A stretch of 64,000 nucleotides of DNA from Eledone cirrhosa (lineage: Eukaryota). Where the stretch lies: assembly GCA_964016885.1 (NCBI GenBank), contig CAXHJY010000275.1, forward strand, positions 1-64,000, written 5' to 3'. The notes beneath the pieces are model-generated. The model did no database searches and was not told where the DNA came from. It worked only from the letters and a program-made list of their open reading frames with translations. The translations under genes and the position numbers were made by a program. Numbering within the stretch: position 1 is the stretch's first letter; each line of letters starts with the position of its first letter. Shown piece by piece: positions 10,548 through 27,300 of the stretch.

Positions 10548-11150
10548 ACATCATCATCATCATCATCATCATCATCACCGATTAACGTCCATGTTTCCAC
10601 GCTGGCATGGGTTATGAGTTATCCTCTTGTGAGCAGTGCCAGGTCAGATGACCATGTCTTGCTCATACAGAACTGATTTTGGCTTGGTTTCTACAGCTGG
10701 ATGCCCTTCTTTGCGCCAACCTCATTTACAGTGAATACTGGGTGCTTTTTGTTGTGACACCTACATGACCACTTTACAGCGTGGGCTGGGTAATTTTTGT
10801 TGTGACACCTACATGACCACTTTACAGTGTGGACTGGGTCCTTTTTGTTGTGACACCTACATGACCACTTTACAGTGTGGACTGGGTCCTTTTTGTTGTG
10901 ACACCTACATGACCACTTTACAGTGTGGGCTGGGTAATTTTTGTTGTGACACCTACATGACCACTTTACAGTGTGGACTGGGTCCTTTTTGTTGTGACAC
11001 CTACATGACCACTTTACAGTGTGGGCTGGGTAATTTTTGTTGTGACACCTACATGACCACTTTACAGTGTGGACTGGGTCCTTTTTGTTGTGACACCTAC
11101 ATGACCACTTTACAGTGTGGGTTGGTGGCTTCACTGGACATAAACTTCCG
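10548..11150 (-). mobile_element. SINE (RTE-tail type) minus-strand copy carrying an internal tandem expansion
   Basis: (CAT)n at 10548-10578 and tail motif ggtttctacagctggatgcccttc at ~10687-10710, as in the other copies. Confidence 0.75.
10724..11121. repeat. 48-bp minisatellite, ~8.3 copies
   Basis: Unit gttgtgacacctacatgaccactttacagtgtggactgggtccttttt recurs every 48 nt from 10751 to 11087, with two interspersed variants (ggactgggtcct / gggctgggtaat). Confidence 0.95.
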
Positions 11151-11703
11151 CTTGTCCTCATGGAAGATATATGGGTGGGGTAGTGTGGTGCATACTATTT
11201 ATATGCTTCAGTCTTGGCTGGTACCATATATATAATTAATGATTATCATCGTTTTTGCATGGGTTTCCAAACTATTAAATACTCAAATATCTCTGAAACA
11301 TAATAAAGAAAAACTGAGGTATTTAAGTGTGCTACAAACACTATTGTTGTTTTTACTAGTCTCCTTAAATTCTTAGTCTTTTTCTTAGAATAGACAGAAA
11401 ATAATAATAATGATAATCTGAATTATACATTTAAAAATTAAGATTGCAGCAATTATTAATTAGAATGTGGATTTTATTTGGCTTATGTCAATTATTTTTT
11501 AATCAATCATTTTTATAAATTTTAATACATTTTTTGTACTTGATCAACTGCAAAGCTTTTTTTTTTTTTTAGAAGTATGTATTTAATTGTTGTTTAATTC
11601 TATCTAACCCAAACTGTTATATGCCTCATCATAAACATGAATAAACCCCAATTCAAAACTACCATTCATATACCTAAATCAGTTGTAACTTACCATATAA
11701 AGA

Positions 11704-11901
11704 TACTAGGGTCAGCTGAAAACTTCATAGACTAACCAAGACACTTTCATGAAATAACCAAATGAGGTTTACTTTTCAACATAATCCCTGGAAAGAATCA
11801 ATGCAGTTATTAAGAAGAGTTGAAATTAATGCATGTAAGATTTCACAGCTCTAGCATCACTTTTTATGGTCTGTCTATGAACTTTTCAGCATACTTTTGT
11901 A
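11704..11901. mobile_element. Tc1/mariner-derived MITE
   Basis: TA-bounded imperfect TIRs: tactagggtcagctgaaaacttcatagactaacc versus the reverse complement of the right end, tacaaaagtatgctgaaaagttcatagacagacc. Confidence 0.7.
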
Positions 11902-11944
11902 AGTATGTATACTGTATTTTCAAATAGACTTAATGTCGTTTCAG

Positions 11945-12045
11945 AATGAGCAAGAAAATAAAGCTAGTGAAACACCAGAGAAAGAAATTGAAGAGAAAAT
12001 TGAAAGAGAAGGTGACCAATCACAGGAGAATGTTGAACACAACAA
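11945..12045 (+). CDS. Internal coding exon C (NEQENKASETPEKEIEEKIEREGDQSQENVEHN+), acidic/disordered
   Basis: Acceptor gtcgtttcAG, donor AA|GTAAGA. 101 nt, purine-rich, phase 0 start matching exon B, ends in phase 2 with no stop. Confidence 0.75.
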
Positions 12046-12376
12046 GTAAGAATTACATTTTCAGAGACTTTACCTGTTGCTTTCACTCATAAGGAATTGG
12101 TTGGTCTGTGGTAGAAAACACTTGCCCCACTCTACAGTAGAACTTGAAGCTATCATTAAATTATATATAATAAATATAATATATACTGTGTATAAATAAA
12201 TATTATATATTATTTATTTTACTATATTTATATATAATATATATCATTTCATATTTAATATACTATTATATTGCCTCTACCCCCATCCTCACACCACCCA
12301 AACCTTCTTAATACACGCCGGGGGAACAGTATCATACGCTTGTAGCTGATTTAGTTATAGCAGCTCCCGTACTCCT

Positions 12377-15300
12377 CAGACTGGCTTATATACAATAATG
12401 ACAGACTATCTTATATACAATGACAGCCACCACAGTATCTATGACAGACTGGATTATATACAATGACAGCCACCACAGTATGTATGACAGACTACCTTAT
12501 ATACAATGACAACCACCACAGTATCTATGACAGACTGGATTATATACAATGACAGCCACCACAGTATGTATGACAGACTACCTTATATACAATGACAGCC
12601 ACCACAGTATGTATGACAGACTACCTTATATACAATGACAGCCACCACAGTATGTATGACAAACTATCTTATATACAATGACAACCACCACAGTATGTAT
12701 GACAAACTATCTTATATACAATGACAACCACCACAGTATGTATGACAAACTATCTTATATACAATCACAGCCACCACAGTATGTATGACAGACTATCTTA
12801 TATACAATGACAGCCACCACAGTATGTATGACACACTATCTTATATACAATTACAACCACCACAGTATGTATGACAGACTATCTTATATACAATGACAAC
12901 CACCACAGTATGTATGACAGACTATCTTATATACAATGACAACCACCACAGTATGTATGACAGACTATCTTATATACAATGACAGCCACCACAGTATGTA
13001 TGACAGACTATCTTATATACAATGACAGCTACCACAGTATGTATGACAGACTATCTTATATACAATGACAGCCACCACAGTATGTATGACAGACTATCTT
13101 ATATACAATGACAGCCACCACAGTATGTATGACAGACTATCTTATATACAATGACAGCCACCACAGTATGTATGACAGACTATCTTATATACAATGACAA
13201 CCACCACAGTATGTATGACAGACTATCTTATATACAATGACAGCCACCACAGTATGTATGACAGACTATCTTATATACAATGACAGCTACCACAGTATGT
13301 ATGACAGACTATCTTATATACAATGACAGCCACCACAGTATGTATGACAGACTGGCTTATATACATTGACAGCCACCACAGTATGTATGACAGACTATCT
13401 TATATACAATGACAGCCACCACAGTATGTATGACAGACTATCTTATATACAATGACAACCACCACAGTATGCATGACAGACTATCTTATATACAATGACA
13501 GCCACCACAGTATGTATGACAGACTATCTTATATACAATGACAGCTACCACAGTATGTATGACAGACTATCTTATATACAATGACAGCCACCACAGTATG
13601 TATGACAGACTGGCTTATATACATTGACAGCCACCACAGTATGTATGACAGACTATCTTATATACAATGACAACCACCACAGTATGTATGACAGACTATC
13701 TTATATACAATGACAGCCACCACAGTATGTATGACAGACTATCTTATATACAATGACAGCTACCACAGTATGTATGACAGACTATCTTATATACAATGAC
13801 AGCCACCACAGTATGTATGACAGACTATCTTATATACAATGACAGCCACCACAGTATGTATGACAGACTATCTTATATACAATGACAGCCACCACAGTAT
13901 GTATGACAGACTATCTTATATACAATGACAGCTACCACAGTATGTATGACAGACTATCTTATATACAATGACAGCCACCACAGTATGTATGACAGACTAT
14001 CTTATATACAATGACAGCCACCACAGTATGTATGACAGACTATCTAATATACAATGACAGCTACCACAGTATGTATGACAGACTATCTTATATACAATGA
14101 CAGCCACCACAGTATGTATGACAGACTATCTTATATACAATGACAGCCACCACAGTATGTATGACAGACTATCTTATATACAATGACAGCTACCACAGTA
14201 TGTATGACAGACTATCTTATATACAATGACAGCCACCACAGTATGTATGACACTAGCGTATATACAATGACAGCCACCACAGTATGTATGACAGCCACCA
14301 CAGTATGTATGACAGACTGGCTTCTATACAACGACAGCCACCACAGTATGTATGACAGACTATCTTATATACAATGACAGCCACCACAGTATGTATGACA
14401 GACTATCTTATATACAATGACAGCCACCACTGTATGTATGACAGACTATCTTATATACAATGACAGCCACCACTGCATGTATGACAGACTATCTTATATA
14501 CAATGACAGCCACCACAGTATGTATGACAGACTATCTTATATACAATGACAGCCACCACAGTATGTATGACAGACTATCTTATATACAATGACAGCCACC
14601 ACAGTATGTATGACAGACTATCTTATATACAATGACAGCCACCACAGTATGTATGACAGACTATCTTATATACAATGACAGCCACCACAGTATGTATGAC
14701 AGACTATCTTATATACAATGACAGCCACCACAGTATGTATGACAGACTCTTATATACAATGACAGCCACCACAGTATGTATGACAGACGAGCTTATATAC
14801 AATGACAGCCACCACAGTATGTATGACAGACTATCTTATATACAATGACAGCTACCACAGTATGTATGACAGACTATCTTATATACAATGACAGCCACCA
14901 CAGTATGTATGACAGACTATCTTATATACAATGACAGCCACCACAGTATGTATGACAGACGAGCTTATATACAATGACAGCCACCACAGTATGTATGACA
15001 GACTATCTTATATACAATGACAGCCACCACAGTATGTATGACAGACTATCTTATATACAATGACAGCCACCACAGTATGTATGACAGACTATCTTATATA
15101 CAATGACAGCCACCACAGTATGTATGACAGACTGGCTTATATACAATGACAGACTATCTTATATACAATGACAGCCACCACAGTATGTATGACAGACTGG
15201 CTTATATACAATGACAGACTATCTTATATACAATGACAGCCACCACAGTATGTATGACAGACTATCTTCTATACAATGACAGCCACCACAGTATGTATGA

Positions 15301-18300
15301 CAGACGAGCTTATATACAATGACAGCCACCACAGTATGTATGACAGACTATCTTATATACAATGACAGCTACCACAGTATGTATGACAGACTATCTTATA
15401 TACAATGACAGCCACCACAGTATGTATGACAGACTATCTTATATACAATGACAGCCACCACAGTATGTATGACAGACTAGCTTATATACAATGACAGCCA
15501 CCACAGTATGTATGACAGACTAGCTTATATACAATGACAGCCACCACAGTATGTATGACAGACTAGCTTATATACAATGACAGCCACCACAGTATGTATG
15601 ACAGACTGGCTTATATACAATGACAGACTATCTTATATACAATGACAGCCACCACAGTATGTATGACAGACTGGCTTATATACAATGACAGACTATCTTA
15701 TATACAATGACAGCCACCACAGTATGTATGACAGACTATCTTCTATACAATGACAGCCACCACAGTATGTATGACAGACGAGCTTATATACAATGACAGC
15801 CACCACAGTATGTATGACAGACTATCTTATATACAATGACAGCCACCACAGTATGTATGACAGACTATCTTATATACAATGACAGCCACCACAGTATGTA
15901 TGACAGACTATCTTATATACAATGACAGCCACCACAGTATGTATGACAGACTGGCTTATATACAATGACAGACTATCTTATATACAATGACAGCCACCAC
16001 AGTATGTATGACAGACTGGCTTATATACAATGACAGACTATCTTATATACAATGACAGCCACCACAGTATGTATGACAGACTATCTTCTATACAATGACA
16101 GCCACCACAGTATGTATGACAGACGAGCTTATATACAATGACAGCCACCACAGTATGTATGACAGACTATCTTATATACAATGACAGCCACCACAGTATG
16201 TATGACAGACTATCTTATATACAATGACAGCCACCACAGTATGTATGACAGACTATCTTATATACAATGACAGCCACCACAGTATGTATGACAGAACTGG
16301 CTTATATACAATGACAGACTATCTTATATACAATGACAGCCACCACAGTATGTATGACAGACTGGCTTATATACAATGACAGACTATCTTATATACAATG
16401 ACAGCCACCACAGTATGTATGACAGACTATCTTCTATACAATGACAGCCACCACAGTATGTATGACAGACGAGCTTATATACAATGACAGCCACCACAGT
16501 ATGTATGACAGACTATCTTATATACAATGACAGCCACCACAGTATGTATGACAGACTATCTTATATACAATGACAGCCACCACAGTATGTATGACAGACT
16601 ATCTTATATACAATGACAGCCACCACAGTATGTATGACAGACTATCTTATATACAATGACAGCCACCACAGTATGTATGACAGACGAGCTTATATACAAT
16701 GACAGCCACCACAGTATGTATGACAGACTATCTTATATACAATGACAGCCACCACAGTATGTATGACAGACTATCTTATATACAATGACAGCCACCACAG
16801 TATGTATGACAGACTATCTTATATACAATGACAGCCACCACAGTATGTATGACAGACTATCTTATATACAATGACAGCCACCACAGTATGTATGACAGAC
16901 TATCTTCTATACAATGACAGCCACCACAGTATGTATGACAGACTATCTTATATACAATGACAGCCACCACAGTATGTATGACAGACTGGCTTATATACAA
17001 TGACAGCCACCACAGTATGTATGACAGACTATCTTATATACAATGACAACCACCACAGTATGTATGACAGACTATCTTATATACAATGACAACCACCACA
17101 GTATGTATGACAGACTATCTTATATACAATGACAGCCACCACAGTATGTATGACTGACTGACTTATATACAATGACAACCACCACAGTATGTATGACAGA
17201 CTATCTTATATACAATGACAGCCACCACAGTATGTATGACAGACTGGCTTATATACAATGACAGCCACCACAGTATGTATGACAGACTGGCTTATATACA
17301 ATCACAGCCACCACAGTATGTATGACAGACTATCTTATATACAATGACAGCCACCACAGTATGTATGACAGACTATCTTATATACAATGACAGCTACCAC
17401 AGTATGTATGACAGACTATCTTATATACAATGACAACCACCACAGTATGTATGACAGACTATCTTATATACAATGACAGCCACCACAGTATGTATGACTG
17501 ACTGACTTATATACAATGACAGCCACCACAGTATGTATGACAGACTATCTTATATACAATCACAGCCACCACAGTATGTATGACAGACTATCTTATATAC
17601 AATGACAGCCACCACAGTATGTATGACAGACTGGCTTATATACAATGACAGCCACCACAGTATGTATGACAGACTATCTTATATACAATGACAGCTACCA
17701 CAGTATGTATGACAGACTATCTTATATACAATCACAGCCACCACAGTATGTATGACAGACTATCTTATATACAATGACAGCCACCACAGTATGTATGACA
17801 GACTATCTTATATACAATGACAGCTACCACAGTATGTATGACAGACTATCTTATATACAATCACAGCCACCACAGTATGTATGACAGACTATCTTATATA
17901 CAATGACAGCCACCACAGTATGTATGACAGACTATCTTATATACAATGACAGCCACCACAGTATGTATGACAGACTATCTTATATACAATGACAGCCACC
18001 ACAGTATGTATGACAGACTGGCTTATATACAATGACAGCCACCACAGTATCTATGACAGACTGGATTATATACAATGACAGCCACCACAGTATGTATGAC
18101 AGACTATCTTATATACAATGACAGCCACCACAGTATGTATGACAGACTATCTTCTATACAATGACAGCCACCACAGTATGTATGACAGACTATCTTATAT
18201 ACAATGACAGCCACCACAGTATGTATGACAGACTGGCTTATATACAATGACAGCCACCACAGTATGTATGACAGACTATCTTATATACAATGACAACCAC

Positions 18301-21300
18301 CACAGTATGTATGACAGACTGGCTTATATACAATGACAACCACCACAGTATGTATGACAGACTATCTTATATACAATGACAGCCACCACAGTATGTATGA
18401 CAGACTATCTTATATACAATGACAACCACCACAGTATGTATGACAGACTATCTTATATACAATGACAACCACCACAGTATGTATGACAGACTATCTTATA
18501 TACAATGACAACCACCACAGTATGTATGACAGACTATCTTATATACAATGACAACCACCACAGTATGTATGACAGACTATCTTATATACAATGACAGCCA
18601 CCACAGTATGTATGACTGACTGACTTATATACAATGACAGCCACCACAGTATGTATGACAGACTATCTTATATACAATGACAGCCACCACAGTATGTATG
18701 ACTGACTGACTTATATACAATGACAGCCACCACAGTATGTATGACAGACTATCTTATATACAATGACAGCCACCACAGTATGTATGACTGACTGACTTAT
18801 ATACAATGACAGCCACCACAGTATGTATGACAGACTATCTTATATACAATCACAGCCACCACAGTATGTATGACAGACTATGTTATATACACTGACAGCC
18901 ACCACAGTATGTATGACAGACTATCTTATATACAATCACAGCCACCACAGTATGTATGACAGACTATCTTATATACACTGACAGCCACCACAGTATGTAT
19001 GACAGACTATCTTATATACAATGACAGCCACCACAGTATGTATGACAGACTATCTTATATACAATGACAGCTACCACAGTATGTATGACAGACTATCTTA
19101 TATACAATCACAGCCACCACAGTATGTATGACAGACTATTTTATATACACTGACAGCCACCACAGTATGTATGACAGACTATCTTATATACAATCACAGC
19201 CACCACAGTATGTATGACAGACTATCTTATATACTCTGACAGCCACCACAGTATGTATGACAGACTATCTTATATACAATGACAGCTACCACAGTATGTA
19301 TGACAGACTATCTTATATACAATGACAGCCACCACAGTATGTATGTCAGACTGGCTTATATACAATGACAGCCACCACAGTATGTATGACAGACTATCTT
19401 ATATACAATGACAGCCACCACAGTATGTATGACAGACTATCTTATATACAATGACAGCTACCACAGTATGTATGACAGACTATCTTATATACAATGACAG
19501 CCACCACAGTATGTATGACAGACTGGCTTATATACAATGACAGCTACCACATTATGTATGACAGACTATCTTATATACAATGACAGCCACCACAGTATGT
19601 ATGACAGACTGGCTTATATACAATGACAGACTATCTTATATACAATGACAGCCAGCACAGTATGTATGACAGTCTATCTTCTATACAATGACAGCCACCA
19701 CAGTATGTATGACAGACTATCTTATATACAATGACAGCCACCACAGTATGTATGACAGACTATCTTATATACAATGACAGCCACCACAGTATGTATGACA
19801 GACTATCTTATATACAATGACAGCCACCACAGTATGTATGACACTAGCGTATATACAATGACAGCCACCACAGTATGTATGACAGACTATCTTATATACA
19901 ATGACAGCCACCACAGTATGTATGACAGACTATCTTATATACAATGACAGCCACCACAGTATGTATGACAGACTGGCTTATATACAATGACAGCCACCAC
20001 AGTATGTATGACAGACTATCTTATATACAATGACAGCCACCACAGTATGTATGACAGACTATCTTATATACAATGACAGCCACCACAGTATGTATGACAC
20101 TAGCGTATATACAATGACAGCCACCACAGTATGTATGACACTAGCGTATATACAATGACAGCCACCACAGTATGTATGACAGACTATCTTATATACAATG
20201 ACAGCCACCACAGTATGTATGACAGACTATCTTATATACAATGACAGCCACCACAGTATGTATGACAGACTGGCTTATATACAATGACAGCCACCACAGT
20301 ATGTATGACAGACTATCTTATATACAATGACAGCCACCACAGTATGTATGACAGACTATCTTATATACAATGACAGCCACCACAGTATGTATGACAGACT
20401 GGCTTATATACAATGACAGCCACCACAGTATGTATGACAGACTATCTTATATACAATGACAGCTACCACAGTATGTATGACACACTATCTTATATACAAT
20501 GACAGCTACCACAGTATGTATGACAGACTATCTTATATACAATGACAGCCACCACAGTATGTATGACAGACTATCTTATATACAATGACAGCCACCACAG
20601 TCTGTATGACAGACTATCTTATATACAATGACAGCCACCACAGTATGTATGACACACTATCTTATATACAATGACAGCTGCCACAGTATGTATGACAGAC
20701 TATCTTATATACAATGACAGCCACCACAGTATGTATGACAGACTATCTTATATACAATGACAGCCACCACAGTATGTATGACAGACTATCTTATATACAA
20801 TGACAGCCACCACAGTATGTATGACAGACTATCTTCTATACAATGACAGCCACCACAGTATGTATGACAGACTGGCTTATATACAATGACAGCCACCACA
20901 GTATGTATGACAGACTGGCTTATATACAATGACAGCCACCACAGTATGTATGACTGACTATCTTCTATACAATGACAGCCACCACAGTATGTATGACAGA
21001 CTGGCTTATATACAATGACAGCCACCACAGTATGTATGACAGACTGGCTTATATACAATGACAGCCACCACAGTATGTATGACAGACTGGCTTATATACA
21101 ATGACAGCCACCACAGTATGTATGACAGACTGGCTTATATACAATGACAGCCACCACAGTATGTATGACAGACTGGCTTATATACAATGACAGCCACCAC
21201 AGTATGTATGACAGACTGGCTTATATACAATGACAGCCACCACAGTATGTATGACAGACTGGCTTATATACAATGACAGCCACCACAGTATGTATGACAG

Positions 21301-24300
21301 ACTGGCTTATATACAATGACAGCCACCACAGTATGTATGACAGACTGGCTTATATACAATGACAGCCACCACAGTATGTATGACAGACTGGCTTATATAC
21401 AATGACAGCCACCACAGTATGTATGAAAGACTATCTTATATACAATGACAGCGACCACAGTATGTATGACAGACTATCTTATATACAATGACAGCCACCA
21501 CAGTATGTATGACAGACTGGCTTATATACAATGACAGCCACCACAGTATGTATGACAGACTATCTTATATACACTGACAGCCACCACAGTATGTATGACA
21601 GACTGGCTTATATACAATGACAGCCACCACAGTATGTATGACAGACTATCTTATATACAATGACAGCCACCACAGTATGTATGACAGACTGGCATATATA
21701 CAATGACAGCCACCACAGTATGTATGACAGACTATCTTATATACACTGACAGCCACCACAGTATGTATGACAGACTGGCTTATATACAATGACAGCCACC
21801 ACAGTATGTATGACAGACTATCTTATATACAATGACAGCCACCACAGTATGTATGACAGACTATCTTATATACAATGACAGCCACCACAGTATGTATGAC
21901 AGACTATCTTATATACAATGACAGCCACCACAGTATGTATGACACACTATCTTATATACAATGACAGCTACCACAGTATGTATGACAGACTATCTTATAT
22001 ACAATGACAGCCACCACAGTATGTATGACACTAGCGTATATACAATGACAGCCACCACAGTATGTATGACAGACTGGCTTCTATACAATGACAGCCACCA
22101 CAGTATGTATGACAGACTATCTTATATACAATGACAACCACCACAGTATGTATGACAGACTATCTTATATACAATGACAACCACCACAGTATGTATGACA
22201 GACTGGCTTATATACAATGACAGCCACCACAGTATGTATGACAGACTATCTTATATACAATGACAGCCACCACAGTATGTATGACACTAGCTTATATACA
22301 ATGACAGCCACCACAGTATGTATGACAGACTGGCTTCTATACAATGACAGCCACCACAGTATGTATGACAGACTATCTTATATACAATGACAGCCACCAC
22401 AGTATGTATGACAGACTGGCTTCTATACAATGACAGCCACCACAGTATGTATGACAGACTATCTTATATACAATGACAACCACCACAGTATGTATGACAG
22501 ACTATCTTATATACAATGACAACCACCACAGTATGTATGACAGACTATCTTATATACAATGACAGCCACCACAGTATGTATGACAGACTATCTTATATAC
22601 AATGACAGCCACCACAGTATGTATGACAGACTATCTTATATACAATGACAGCCACCACAGTATGTATGACAGACTATCTTATATACAATGACAACCACCA
22701 CAGTATGTATGACAGACTATCTTATATACAATGACAGCCACCACAGTATGTATGACAGACTATCTTATATACAATGACAGCCACCACAGTATGTATGACA
22801 GACTGGCTTCTATCCAATGACAGCCACCACAGTATGTATGACAGACTATCTTATATACAATGACAGCCACCACAGTATGTATGACAGACTATCTTATATA
22901 CAATGACAGCCACCACAGTATGTATGACAGACTATCTTATATACAATGACAGCCACCACAGTATGTATGACAGACTATCTTATATACAATGACAGCCACC
23001 ACAGTATGTATGACAGACTGGCTTCTATCCAATGACAGCCACCACAGTATGTATGACAGACTATCTTATATACAATGACAACCACCACAGTATGTATGAC
23101 AGACTGGCTTATATACAATGACAGCCACCACAGTATGTATGACAGACTGGCTTATATACAATGACAGCCACCACAGTATGTATGACAGACTATCTTATAT
23201 ACAATGACAGCTACCACAGTATGTATGACACTAGCTTATATACAATAACAGCCACCACAGTATGTATGACAGACTGGCTTATATACAATGACAGACTATC
23301 TTATATACAATGACAGCCACCACAGTATGTATGACAGACTATCTTCTATACAATGACAGCCACCACAGTATGTATGACAGACTATCTTATATACAATGAC
23401 AGCCACCACAGTATGTATGACAGACTGGCTTATATACAATGACAGCCACCACAGTATGTATGACAGACTAGCTTATATACAATGACAGCCACCACAGTAT
23501 GTATGACAGACTGGCTTATATACAATGACAGCCACCACAGTATGTATGACAGACTATCTTATATACAATGACAGCCACCACAGTATGTATGACAGACTAT
23601 CTTATATACAATGACAGCTACCACAGTATGTATGACAGACTATCTTATATACAATGACAGCCACCACAGTATGTATGACAGACTAGCTTATATACAATGA
23701 CAGCCACCACAGTATGTATGACAGACTGGCTTCTATACAATGACAGCCACCACAGTATGTATGACAGACTATCTTATATACAATGACAGCCACCACAGTA
23801 TGTATGACAGACTATCTTATATACAATGAAAGCCACCACAGTATGTATGACAGACTATCTTATATACAATGACAGCTACCACAGTATGTATGACAGACTA
23901 TCTTATATACAATGACAGCTACCACAGTATGTATGACAGACTATCTTATATACAATGACAGCTACCACAGTATGTATGACAGACTATCTTATATACAATG
24001 ACAGCCACCACAGTATGTATGACAGACTGGCTTATATACAATGACAGCCACCACAGTATGTATGACAGACTAGCTTATATACAATGACAGCCACCACAGT
24101 ATGTATGACAGACTGGCTTATATACAATGACAGCCACCACAGTATGTATGACAGACTATCTTATATACAATGACAGCCACCACAGTATGTATGACAGACT
24201 ATCTTATATACAATGACAGCTACCACAGTATGTATGACAGACTATCTTATATACAATGACAGCTACCACAGTATGTATGACACTAGCTTATATACAATGA

Positions 24301-27300
24301 CAGCCACCACAGTATGTATGACAGACTATCTTATATACAATGACAGCTACCACAGTATGTATGACAGACTATCTTATATACAATGACAGCCACCACAGTA
24401 TGTATGACAGACTGGCTTATATACAATGACAGCCACCACAGTATGTATGACAGACTAGCTTATATACAATGACAGCCACCACAGTATGTATGACAGACTG
24501 GCTTATATACAATGACAGCCACCACAGTATGTATGACAGACTATCTTATATACAATGACAGCCACCACAGTATGTATGACAGACTAGCTTATATACAATG
24601 ACAGCCACCACAGTATGTATGACAGACTATCTTATATACAATGACAACCACCACAGTATGTATGACAGACTGGCTTATATACAATGACAGCCACCACAGT
24701 ATGTATGACAGACTATCTTATATACAATGACAGCCACCACAGTATGTATGACAGACTATCTTATATACAATGACAGCCACCACAGTATGTATGACAGACT
24801 ATCTTATATACAATGACAGCCACCACAGTATGTATGACAGACTACCTTATATACAATGACAGCCACCACAGTATGTATGACAGACTATCTTATATACAAT
24901 GACAGCCACCACAGTATGTATGACAGACTATCTTATATACAATGACAGCTACCACAGTATGTATGACAGACTATCTTATATACAATGACAGCTACCACAG
25001 TATGTATGACAGACTATCTTATATACAATGACAGCCACCACAGTATGTATGACAGACTATCTTATATACAATGACAGCCACCACAGTATGTATGACAGAC
25101 TATCTTATATACAATGACAGCCACCACAGTATGTATGACAGACTATCTTATATACAATGACAGCCACCACAGTATGTATGACAGACTATCTTATATACAA
25201 TGACAGCCACCACAGTATGTATGACAGACTATCTTATATACAATGACAGCCACCACAGTATGTATGACAGACTGGCTTATATACAATGACAGCCACCACA
25301 GTATGTATGACAGACTGGCTTATATACAATGACAGCCACCACAGTATGTATGACAGACTATCTTCTATACAATGACAGCCATCACAGTATGTATGACAGA
25401 CTAGCTTATATACAATGACAGCTACCACAGTATGTATGACAGACTGGCTTATATACAATGACAGCCACCACAGTATGTATGACAGACTATCTTATATACA
25501 ATGACAGCCATCACAGTATGTATGACAGACTATCTTATATACAATGACAGCCACCACAGTATGTATGACAGACTATCTTATATGCAATGACAGCCACCAC
25601 AGTATGTATGACAGACTGGCTTATATACAATGACAGCCACCACAGTATGTATGACAGACTATCTTCTATACAATGACAGCCACCACAGTATGTATGACAG
25701 ACTACCTTATATACAATGACAGCCACCACAGTATGTATGACAGACTATCTTATATACAATGACAGCCACCACAGTATGTATGACAGACTATCTTATATAC
25801 AATGACAGCTACCACAGTACGTATGACACTAGCTTATATACAATAACAGCCACCACACTATGTATGACAGACTAGCTTATATACAATGACGGACTATCTT
25901 ATATACAATGACAGCCACCACAGTATGTATGACAGACTATCTTATATACAATGACAGCCACCACAGTATGTATGACAGACTATCTTATATACAATGACAG
26001 CCACCACAGTATGTATGACAGACTATCTTATATACAATGACAGCCACCACAGTATGTATGACAGACTATCTTATATACAATGACAGCCACCACAGTATGT
26101 ATGACAGACTATCTTATATACAATGAAAGCCACCACAGTATGTATGACAGACTATCTTATATACAATGACAGCCACCACAGTATGTATGACAGACTATCT
26201 TATATACAATGACAGCCACCACAGTATGTATGACACACTATCTTATATACAATGACAGCCACCACAGTATGTATGACAGACTATCTTATATACAATGACA
26301 GCCACCACAGTATGTATGACAGACTATCTTATATACAATGACAGCCACCACAGTATGTATGACAGACTATCTTATATACAATGACAGCCACCACTGTATG
26401 TATGACAGACTATCTTATATACAATGACAGCCACCACAGTATGTATGACAGACTGGCTTATATACAATGACAGCCACCACAGTATGTATGACAGACTATC
26501 TTATATACAATGACAGCCACCACTGTATGTATGACAGACTATCTTATATACAATGACAGCCACCACAGTATGTATGACAGACTGGCTTATATACAATAAC
26601 AGCCACCACAGTATGTATGACAGACTATCTTATATACAATGACAGCCACCACAGTATGTATGACAGACTATCTTATATACAATGACAGCCACCACAGTAT
26701 GTATGACACTAGCGTATATACAATGACAGCCACCACAGTATGTATGACAGACTATCTTATATACAATGACAGCCACCACAGTATGTATGACACTAGCGTA
26801 TATACAATGACAGCCACCACAGTATGTATGACAGACTATCTTATATACAATGACAGCCACCACAGTATGTATGACACTAGCTTATATACAATGACAGCTA
26901 CCACAGTATGTATGACAGACTATCTTATATACAATGACAGCCACCACAGTATGTATGACTGACTGACTTATATACAATGACAGCCACCACAGTATGTATG
27001 ACAGACTGGCTTATATACAATGACAGCCACCACAGTATGTATGACAGACTGGCTTCTATACAATGACAGCCACCACAGTATGTATGACAGACTATCTTAT
27101 ATACAATGACAGCCACCACAGTATGTATGACAGACTATCTTATATACAATGACAGCTACCACAGTATGTATGACAGACTATCTTATATACAATGACAGCC
27201 ACCACAGTATGTATGACAGACTGGCTTCTATACAATGACAGCCACCACAGTATGTATGACAGACTATCTTATATACAATGACAGCCACCACAGTATGTAT

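Noticed and set aside
10691-11235. 156-aa repeat proteins on both strands
   Set aside because: Open only because the 48-bp SINE-derived unit is a multiple of 3.
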